Shown here in pieces: positions 12,119 to 18,346 of a stretch of 24,000 bases of DNA. The notes beneath the pieces are model-generated. The model was not told the origin of the DNA. It ran no database searches and worked only from the letters and a program-made list of their open reading frames with translations. The number at the start of each line of letters is the position of its first letter. Positions within the stretch are counted from its first letter, which is position 1. Source of the DNA: Apirhabdus apintestini (GTDB lineage: Bacteria; Pseudomonadota; Gammaproteobacteria; Enterobacterales; Enterobacteriaceae); NCBI GenBank assembly GCA_033977085.1, contig CP138906.1, forward strand, positions 4,321,487-4,345,486, in the 5' to 3' direction. The translations under genes were made by a program, and so were the position numbers.

Positions 12119-12567
12119 TAAAGATTTTGAAATGAATATACTGAGCAAGGGGATTGAACCATGCTCTTTACCTTGTGATCTTTCAATATTAATTAACAGT
12201 GGTTTTATTGTTCACTCTAATGAATGTGTTTTTTCAAAGAAAAACAACCTATTGACACCGGTGTTGATAACGGAGGTTTTTTGATAAAACTGAACAAGAA
12301 TGTTTTTATAATGAGTTAAGGGTTAGTGATTATACTGAAAATAACATTGCATCTGTTGCTATTATTGCAACAGAAATGATCGCTAATAAGTTACAGGAAG
12401 CGATACCATCAAAATCTTTTGAGGTTGTTACATCTTTCGACGATTTTGATGGCGAAATAGATGCAGTAATTAAACTACATACATTAAGAAAAGATGAAAC
12501 ATCTTATATTGACATACAAGCTATAGATGAGTACCAACAGCCTCTTTTTATATGTAGAACGGAGTAG
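12105..12567 (+). pseudogene. Putative CdiI-1 immunity protein (~153 codons), split by one indel in a T6 run (12277-12282)
   Basis: ATG 12105 overlaps the last codons of cdiA (stop 12116-12118). Frame 0 gives MIIFNKDFEMNILSKGIEPCSLPC..LLTPVLITEVF* (59 aa). Frame +1 is open from 12271 and continues DKTEQECFYNELRVSDYTENNIASVAIIATEMIANKLQEAIP..LFICRTE* (the 12376-12567 ORF in the track). The region is AT-rich and sits where an immunity gene is expected. No family was recognised. Confidence 0.5.
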
Positions 12568-12578
12568 TAATACGGCTA

Positions 12579-12606
12579 AAACCCCATTCCTATATGATTG
12601 GGGTTT
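12579..12606 (+). terminator. Hairpin downstream of cdiI-1 (AAACCCCA-12 nt-TGGGGTTT)
   Basis: 8-bp perfect stem read directly. The T-tract is weak (ggcttt), so terminator function is uncertain. Confidence 0.35.
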
Positions 12607-12617
12607 GGCTTTAAATG

Positions 12618-12790
12618 TCAGAAGGTTGATATTCTATCTTTGGGATTTCTGATCGCCTCGATCAAATCAGTTACTTGTTGTTGTTTGTGGGCGGAAAGCT
12701 TACACATTTTATGTGTCATCCATGTTACTGATTCTGGCTTCGGTGCGACTACTCATAAGCGTGGTAGCTGTTCCCCTGTTGTGCCCATTT
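12618..12790 (-). pseudogene. symE-like (type I toxin, AbrB/SpoVT-like) 3' gene remnant, 5'-truncated at the orphan cdiA junction and carrying an in-frame TGA
   Basis: Minus-strand translation gives ..KMGTTGEQLPRL*VVAPKPESVTWMTHKMCKLSAHKQQQVTDLIEAIRNPKDRISTF*. The CKLSAxKQxQV..I tail matches my recollection of the E. coli SymE C-terminus (..VCKLSARKQKQVQ.FIGVI..). No start codon or N-terminal half is present. Confidence 0.4.
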
Positions 12791-12826
12791 TTGTCGTAGA
12801 TCAAAGCTACGTGTTAACGGTGAGTT

Positions 12827-15437
12827 CCGGGCGGCAGCCTGACGCTACAGGGCATGCGCGACGTAACGCTGACCGGCAGCGTGGCGGGCACGCACGGCGA
12901 AGGCAGCAGTACCACTATCGTCGCCGGCAATAACCTGACGCTGGATACGGTGAAAACGTCGCGCGAAACCAGCTACCGCCGCAGTGATAAACAGTACGAC
13001 CTGACGCGTGAAACGCAGGAGGTCGGCAGCCGAGTAAGCAGCGGGGGACGCTGACGCTGCATGCAGGTAACGACCTGAACGCCCGCGCGGCGGACGTCAC
13101 GGCGGGCGGGGCGCCGTGCGCGACCTGACGGTGCGCGGTTCGTCCGTAGCGGGCACCGGCGACGTCCTGCTGGCGGCAGGCAATAACCTGAATATCACCA
13201 CGGCGGATGAGGCGCAGCACGAAAGCCATATGAGCCGGAAGAAAAAGTCCGGGGTGATGGGCATGGGCGGCCTGGGATTTACGGTGGGCAGCGCGCAGGA
13301 GAAAGTGTCGCAGAGTGATGACAGTAACCTGAAGAAAGGGAGTATCGTGGGCAGCAGCCAGGGTAACCTGACGCTGAGTGCGGGCAACCAGCTTAACGTG
13401 CACGGCAGCGACCTGATAGCGGGTAAGGACATGGCCCTGTCGGGCAGCGACGTGAGTATCACGGCGGCGGAGAACAGCCATACGTCGCAGCGCGTGGTGG
13501 AGCAGAGCAACAGCGGATTAACGCTGTCGCTGTCGGGCGCGGCGGGGAGCGCGCTGAATACGGCGATAAGTCAGTCGAGGGCGGCGAAGGAAGAAAGCAG
13601 CGGACGACTGGCGGCGCTGGAAGGGGTGCAGAGCGTGCTGTCCGGGGTGCAGGCGGGGCAGGTGATAGACAAGGACCTCGCCCGGGGCAAGGACGACCCG
13701 GGGAATAATAATACGATAGGGGTGTCTGCGGGTTACGGGAGTCAGCGTTCGCGCAGTGAAAGCCGGAGTGAGGAGCATTATCATCAGGGGAGCAGCCTGA
13801 CGGCGGGAGATAACCTGAGTATCACGGCGACGGGCAGACAGGGCGGCGGAGATATCCGGGTGGAGGGCAGTGAGCTTCAGGCGGGCCGGGATATGGCGCT
13901 GAACGCGAAGCGTGACGTGACGCTGACGTCATCGGCGGACACGCGGGAGATGTCGGGTAAAAACAAGAGCAGCGGCGGCAGTCTGGGCGTGAGCGTGGGT
14001 GCGGGCCAGGGTGGAATGGGGCTGAGCGTGTCAGCGAGCGCAAACAGCAGCCACGGGCGTGAGCGCGGCAGCGGCGTGACGCACAATGAGACGCAGCTCA
14101 GGGCGGGCAACCAGGTGACGATAGAGAGCGGCCGTGACACGACGCTGACGGGCGCGCAGGTGAGCGGCAGGCAGGTGACGGCGGATGTGGGCCGCAACCT
14201 GACGCTGGGCAGCGAGCAGGACAGTGACCGCTACGACAGCCGGCAGAGCAGCGTGAGCGCGGGAGGCAGCGTGGCGGTACTCGGCGCGGGCGGTTCGGCG
14301 AGCGTGAGCGTTTCGCAGGATAAGATGCACAGTACGTATGATTCGGTGCAGGAGCAGACGGGGATATTTGCGGGCAGCGGCGGGTTTGACGTGAAGGTCG
14401 GCGGGCATACGCAGCTTGACGGTGCGGTGATAGGGTCGACGGCGGAGGCGGGGAAAAACCGGCTGGATACGGGGACGCTGGGGTGGAGCGATATTCATAA
14501 CCGTGCGGAGTATGAGGTGTCGCATGCGGGAGCGGGGATGAGCACCGGCGGCGGCAATATCGGTAACCAGTTTGTGGGCAACGCGGCGAATAATATGCTG
14601 GCGGGGCTGAACAGCGGAGACAGCGCGCACAGCACGACGCGTTCAGCGGTGAGTGACGGCACGATAACGGTGCGCGACGTGGCGAATCAGAAGCAGGATA
14701 CGGGAGAGCTGAACCGTGACGTAGCGCATGCAAATGAGACGCTGAGCCCGATATTCGACAAGGAGAAGGAGCAGAAGCGGCTGCGTGAGGCGCAGGTAAT
14801 AGGAGAGATTGGGAGCCAGACAGGGGATATTATCCGGACCCAGGGTGAGATAATTGCCACCCGGAAAGCCCGGGATAAAATGGCCGGTGCCACGGATGCA
14901 GACCGGGCGAAGGCGAAAGCCGACTGGGAGACAGCGCATCCGGGAAAGACGGCCACAGACAAGGATATTGAGGGGCAGGTATACGAGAATTTTTATAAGG
15001 ATGCCTTTGATAAAACGGGGACAGGGACGGGCAGCACAATCCAGCGCGTGGTGCAGGGCGCAACGGCGGTGGTGCAGGGGCTGGCAGGCGGCGACCTGAG
15101 GAAGGCGATAGCGGGCGGAGCGGCACCGGAGATAGCGAATATCATTGGCAGAAGCGGGATGAGTTCGCAGGAGAAGGTGCTGGCGCACGCGGTGGTGAAC
15201 GTGGCGCTGGCGCTGGCGCAGGGAAATAATGCGCTGTCGGGAGCGGCAGGGGAAGCGATGGGGCTGCTGTCGGAGAGGCTGTACGGAAAGAGCGCGTCAG
15301 AGCCGACGGAATCGGAAAGGGCGACGGTAAGTGCACTTGCGACGCTGGCAGCGGGGCTGGCAGGCGGGCTGGCGGGAAACAGCGCGGTGGACGCAGCGAC
15401 AGGCGCGCAGGCCGGAAAGACGACGGTTGAGAATAAT
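12827..15437 (+). repeat. Direct repeat copy B (the 5' body of the orphan cdiA fragment), near-identical to 8562-11289
   Basis: Same evidence as copy A. The left boundary is abrupt at 12827 and the right boundary falls exactly at VENN (15426-15437). Confidence 0.95.
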
Positions 15438-16151
15438 CTTCTGGGCGGGAATGAAGAGACCCAGACGAAGTTCGTGCAGGAGCACGGGAAAGATATAGCC
15501 TCCTGTTCAGCTAATCCGGGTGGTGCAGCGTGTCGGCGCGGTATGGCAATGAACGATGCGCTGTCGGTGGCACTTCCGGCCGGGCTTGGTGGTGGTGTAC
15601 TTGCGGCGGCCTCGCCGGAAATCGCGGTGGCAGCGAGAGCAGCGATAGAGGCCTGTGCAGGGAATGTTGTACTGTGTCTGAATAATGCGGGTATCCAGGT
15701 GTCGGAGGCGATAGTCCCGGGAGGAGTGGGAGCCGGAGGTGCAGTAGGTATAGGTAAGACGGCATCAGAGGCAGCGGCAGCAAAAGCGGAAGCAGCGGCG
15801 GCTAATGCGGCGAAAAATGGTCAGACAATCAATAATTCCAGTTCTTTAAATGTTGCCGAACAGATAGGAATACTACGTGATGCAGCCAAGGGTAATAAAG
15901 GATACTTTGGTTTAGGAAAGGCCACTGCTAATGAAGCTAATGTATTAGGAGAAGCATGGGTTGGGCCGGGTTACAGAATATCTAAAGACGGAACATCATG
16001 GGTAAGTGCTGATGGCTTAAGAGTTTATCGACCACCTTCAGCTAAACCAAATAGTACGTATGCTACAACAGGTGTACAGGCTAACTTTGAGCAAAAGTTA
16101 ACACCTGGTGGGCGACCAATTAGCAATGGACATTTGGATATAACTAAATGA
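13116..16151 (+). CDS. Orphan 5'-truncated CdiA fragment (FHA-2 + pretoxin + VENN + CT2); an intact 1011-codon ORF with no secretion signal or TPS domain
   Basis: Uninterrupted ORF whose first ~770 codons parallel cdiA 9034-11289. VENN lies at 15426-15437. The tail is unique: LLGGNEETQTKFVQEHGKDIASCSANPGGAACRRG.., an Ala/Gly-rich hydrophobic stretch, then ..GILRDAAKGNKGYFGLGKATANEANVLGEAWVGPGYRISKDGTSWVSADGLRVYRPPSAKP..QANFEQKL..NGHLDITK*. cdiA homology extends upstream to 12827 but is out of frame, because of a G5 lesion at 13043-13047 and a 184-bp deletion junction near 13109-13116. The GTG at 13116 is probably not a real start. Confidence 0.85.
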   Translation: MRDLTVRGSSVAGTGDVLLAAGNNLNITTADEAQHESHMSRKKKSGVMGMGGLGFTVGSAQEKVSQSDDSNLKKGSIVGSSQGNLTLSAGNQLNVHGSDLIAGKDMALSGSDVSITAAENSHTSQRVVEQSNSGLTLSLSGAAGSALNTAISQSRAAKEESSGRLAALEGVQSVLSGVQAGQVIDKDLARGKDDPGNNNTIGVSAGYGSQRSRSESRSEEHYHQGSSLTAGDNLSITATGRQGGGDIRVEGSELQAGRDMALNAKRDVTLTSSADTREMSGKNKSSGGSLGVSVGAGQGGMGLSVSASANSSHGRERGSGVTHNETQLRAGNQVTIESGRDTTLTGAQVSGRQVTADVGRNLTLGSEQDSDRYDSRQSSVSAGGSVAVLGAGGSASVSVSQDKMHSTYDSVQEQTGIFAGSGGFDVKVGGHTQLDGAVIGSTAEAGKNRLDTGTLGWSDIHNRAEYEVSHAGAGMSTGGGNIGNQFVGNAANNMLAGLNSGDSAHSTTRSAVSDGTITVRDVANQKQDTGELNRDVAHANETLSPIFDKEKEQKRLREAQVIGEIGSQTGDIIRTQGEIIATRKARDKMAGATDADRAKAKADWETAHPGKTATDKDIEGQVYENFYKDAFDKTGTGTGSTIQRVVQGATAVVQGLAGGDLRKAIAGGAAPEIANIIGRSGMSSQEKVLAHAVVNVALALAQGNNALSGAAGEAMGLLSERLYGKSASEPTESERATVSALATLAAGLAGGLAGNSAVDAATGAQAGKTTVENNLLGGNEETQTKFVQEHGKDIASCSANPGGAACRRGMAMNDALSVALPAGLGGGVLAAASPEIAVAARAAIEACAGNVVLCLNNAGIQVSEAIVPGGVGAGGAVGIGKTASEAAAAKAEAAAANAAKNGQTINNSSSLNVAEQIGILRDAAKGNKGYFGLGKATANEANVLGEAWVGPGYRISKDGTSWVSADGLRVYRPPSAKPNSTYATTGVQANFEQKLTPGGRPISNGHLDITK

Positions 16152-16519
16152 AAGCCTTATTAAAAGAACTGCGTTCTTTGGAAATAGAAGATGATTTAAA
16201 TAGTTATTGGCCTGAAAATCCTGAGTTTTTTGGAAGCTGGGTTAGAGCAATGATTGGACCTGATGATGAAGAGGGCGCTGAGTATTTTGACATGCTAATT
16301 TGTACTCCAAAATGGTTGCAGGGTGAACTCGTAAAAAATGATGTTCTTTTAGGTAAAGGAATGATCATTATGGATGAATACGACTACGATAAAATCCGGG
16401 CCTTTATAGAAAAACAAATTATTGCTTGTCATGCAGATAGCTGGTCCAGCATAGCTCAAAAGCTAAGTCGTATTAGTTTTTGGGAATATGAAGATTATCA
16501 GTTTTATCAAACTCGGTAG
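16148..16519 (+). CDS. CdiI-o1, the immunity protein for CT2 (Imm8-like by eye)
   Basis: The ATG overlaps the toxin stop (aaATGAaa, 16148-16151). The product is a 123-aa acidic protein: MKALLKELRSLEIEDDLNSYWPENPEFFGSWVRAMIGPDDEEGAEYFDMLICTPKWL... The Y.PE.PE.F...IGP....GAE.F...ICTPKWL pattern resembles what I recall of Imm8-family immunity proteins. The gene is AT-rich and intact. Confidence 0.75.
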   Translation: MKALLKELRSLEIEDDLNSYWPENPEFFGSWVRAMIGPDDEEGAEYFDMLICTPKWLQGELVKNDVLLGKGMIIMDEYDYDKIRAFIEKQIIACHADSWSSIAQKLSRISFWEYEDYQFYQTR

Positions 16520-16523
16520 AGTT

Positions 16524-16553
16524 GATCCCGCCCTTAACTGCCGGGATTTTTTA
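16524..16553 (+). terminator. Rho-independent terminator after cdiI-o1
   Basis: GATCCCG..loop..CGGGAT followed by T6 (16547-16552), starting 5 nt after the cdiI-o1 stop. Confidence 0.7.
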
Positions 16554-16561
16554 CCTGTCAG

Positions 16562-16676
16562 TTACCCTTCAGTCGCCAGCCGTATCACCAGTTGCCCGTG
16601 TCAACGGTCACGGTAACCGGCGTGTTGCTCGCAAAGCCCGCCTCTTCCAGCCAGTTGCCCTTCAGGTTAAGAGGGG
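16562..16676 (-). pseudogene. Second symE-like remnant (central AbrB/SpoVT-like segment), 5'-truncated by a cdiA scrap
   Basis: Minus-strand translation gives ..SAATPLNLKGNWLEEAGFASNTPVTVTVDTGNW*. A -1 shift then gives LVIRLATEG*. This matches the SymE core as I recall it ([32 protein letters not shown]). It forms the 3' part of track ORF 16585-16803(-), whose 5' part is merely antisense to cdiA sequence. Confidence 0.45.
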
Positions 16677-16780
16677 TAGCGGCGGATTTGAGGTGAAGGT
16701 CGGCGGGCATACGCAGCTTGACGGAGCGGTGATAGGGTCGACGGCGGACGCGGGAAAAACCGGCTGGATACGGGGGCGCT
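16675..16780 (+). pseudogene. ~105-bp cdiA scrap, a third copy of the segment at 10292-10397 / 14374-14479
   Basis: ggtagcggcggatttgaggtgaaggtcggcgggcatacgcagcttgacgg.gcggtgatagggtcgacggcgga.gcggg.aaaaaccggctggatacgggg aligns with cdiA and encodes GGFEVKVGGHTQLDGAVIGSTA. Both flanks are unrelated to cdiA. Confidence 0.8.
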
Positions 16781-16839
16781 ACAGGCGGTGCATGCGAGTA
16801 CACATCCGGCGGAGCAGGGGAAAGATGACGGGCCGGATG

Positions 16840-16881
16840 TTGCTGATAAAAACTGAAGCAGTATACTAACAGTTATTAACT
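16840..16881 (+). promoter_or_regulatory. Candidate sigma70 promoter and operator for the parDE-like operon
   Basis: TTGCTG (16840-16845), a 16-nt spacer, then TATACT (16862-16867). A perfect palindrome AGTTA-T-TAACT (16871-16881) follows immediately. A GGAG Shine-Dalgarno lies ~10 nt before ATG 16909. Confidence 0.4.
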
Positions 16882-16908
16882 GATAGTAATCCGGATGGAG
16901 AAAACATC

Positions 16909-17169
16909 ATGCCAACCAGCGTAGCCCTGAGCCCCTACTTCGAAGCGTTCATCCGTGAACAGATAGAAAGCGGGCGTTACAACAATACCAGCGAAGTTAT
17001 CCGCGCGGGGCTGCGTGCTCTGGAAGAACGGGAGCAACAGATGAAACTTGACTCGCTACAACAGGCGGTCAGTGCGGGTATCAACAGCGGAGAAAGCCGC
17101 AGTGCAAAAGCGGTGTTCGGGCGTCTGTCGCGCAAATACCGGAATATGGCAGAAGGCGATAAAGAGTAG
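16909..17169 (+). CDS. parD: ParD-family (RHH, COG3609-type) type II antitoxin
   Basis: MPTSVALSPYFEAFIREQIESGRYNNTSEVIRAGLRALEEREQQ. The GRY..SEVIRAGLR.LEE signature is characteristic of the family. 86 aa, intact, and its stop overlaps the toxin start by 1 nt. Confidence 0.9.
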   Translation: MPTSVALSPYFEAFIREQIESGRYNNTSEVIRAGLRALEEREQQMKLDSLQQAVSAGINSGESRSAKAVFGRLSRKYRNMAEGDKE

Positions 17170-17477
17170 TGAAGCTGGGTATATCGCCACTGGCAGAGCA
17201 GGACATGGAGGCTATCGGCGACTATATCGCACAGGATAATCCGCTGCGGGCGGTAAGCTTCATTGAAGATCTGTACCAGCAGTGTCTGCGGGTTGCAGAG
17301 TCACCGGTTATCTACCGGCAAAGGCCCGAGCTGGGACAAAACATCAGAAGCTGTGCTTATGGCCGCTATCTCATCGTGTTCAGGGTGCTGGACACGGAAG
17401 TACGAGTCGAACGTGTCCTTCATGGCTCAAGGGATATCATCGGGCTGTTCCCGGAGCCGGGCGTAGCACCGGAGTAG
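17169..17477 (+). CDS. parE: ParE/RelE-superfamily type II toxin
   Basis: The GTG start overlaps the parD stop (TAGTG). The 102-aa product reads ..ISPLAEQDMEAIGDYIAQDNPLRAVSFIEDL...YRQRPELG..IRSCAYGRYLIVFRV.DTEVRVERVLHGSRD, the typical ParE layout. Confidence 0.85.
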   Translation: MKLGISPLAEQDMEAIGDYIAQDNPLRAVSFIEDLYQQCLRVAESPVIYRQRPELGQNIRSCAYGRYLIVFRVLDTEVRVERVLHGSRDIIGLFPEPGVAPE

Positions 17478-17524
17478 CCGGAGAGGCAAAGAAGTTAGCC
17501 GGCCGTGTGTAAGGTGGCAGGGGA

Positions 17525-18324
17525 GTGCAGGCAGAAGGCGCACATCCCTGTGTACCCCTGCCCTCTGCCGTTGGCGTGTGCGGCGGTAAATGCCGCTGCC
17601 CCGGCGTTCAGCGGTGTGCCGCATGTAAATCGGGTCGCAGGGCCATCGTCGTTGAGAATAATGCGCTGAGCCTGCCGAAGGGAATGATTGATTACGGTGC
17701 AGCAGCTTCCTGGAATCAGTATGCAGAAACAGAAGGACTGACGGCAGAGCAGAAACAGGCGGGGCTGGATAAACTGGCGAAGGGCGATATGCCGGACGGA
17801 GTCAATATTACAAAAGTAATAGTAAATGGCTCAGTGGATGGAGCATTAATAACCGGCGCCTGGTATATAGGCCCGGCAGCAACAGCGGGTAAGGTAGTGG
17901 GTGGAGCAATCATTGCAGAAATCGCAAACGGTTCCTATCAGTGGTTTGACCTGAGCAAACCGGGTAATGAAAACAAGGGCTGGGATTATAAAGGAAGCGC
18001 AGTCGCCGGTGTAACGGGTGCACTGGCACCGGGACGTGGCGTCTGGGTATAGCAGCAGGTGGAGCCATATTCAATGACGGGCCGGATATTGGGTCGATAG
18101 GTGGTGCGGCAGCAGGTGCCTGGGCTGGCGGAATATTTGGCAAGTATGTGCCGGGCATTGTGAACTCAGCAACAGGAAAAGAAATACCTGGTTTTATATT
18201 TGATGTTACAGGTTCATTTGGCAGTGAGATTTTAGGTGGATATATAAAAGATGGAGTTAATAATAAATCGCTCCCTAAAGAACAGAAAAAGGATGCTAAA
18301 CGAAAAGTTATTTTAAGCTACTGA
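17525..18324 (+). pseudogene. Orphan cdiA-CT3: a degenerate pre-VENN stub, VENN, and a glycine-zipper-rich membrane-toxin-like domain; one frame lesion near 18045-18047
   Basis: VVENN at 17648-17662 is followed by ALSLPKGMIDYGAAASWNQYAETEGLTAEQKQAGLDKLAKGD..GPAATAGKVVGGAIIAEIANGSYQWF..VAGVTGALAPGRGVW. After a 1-base shift it continues GIAAGGAIFNDGPDIGSIGGAAAGAWAGGIFGKYVPGIV..GSFGSEILGGYIKDGVNNK..VILSY* (stop 18322-18324). The GTG at 17525 is only the ORF-finder start. No cdiA body lies upstream. Confidence 0.7.
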
Positions 18325-18346
18325 TATATTCATTTTTTTCTGCGTG

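Noticed and set aside
12598-12933. Track ORF of 111 aa on the + strand, spanning the cdiI-1 hairpin, the symE-like scar and the start of repeat copy B
   Set aside because: It is chimeric, reading across an obvious recombination junction at 12827. It is antisense to the symE-like remnant and out of frame with cdiA homology.
16522-16869. Track ORF of 115 aa on the + strand (TTG start)
   Set aside because: It starts inside the terminator hairpin and runs antisense through the symE-like scar. Only its middle (GGFEVKVGGHTQLDGAVIGSTA) is real cdiA-derived sequence. I treat it as a scrap, not a gene.
17048-17512. Alternative-frame ORFs overlapping parD/parE (17048-17239, 17263-17466, 17282-17512)
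   Set aside because: They are nested in other frames of two well-supported TA genes and have no recognisable features.
12568-17650. IS element, transposase or integrase at the module junctions
   Set aside because: No transposase- or integrase-like ORF and no terminal inverted repeats were found on either strand. The junction material is accounted for by symE-like scars, a cdiA scrap and the parDE operon.
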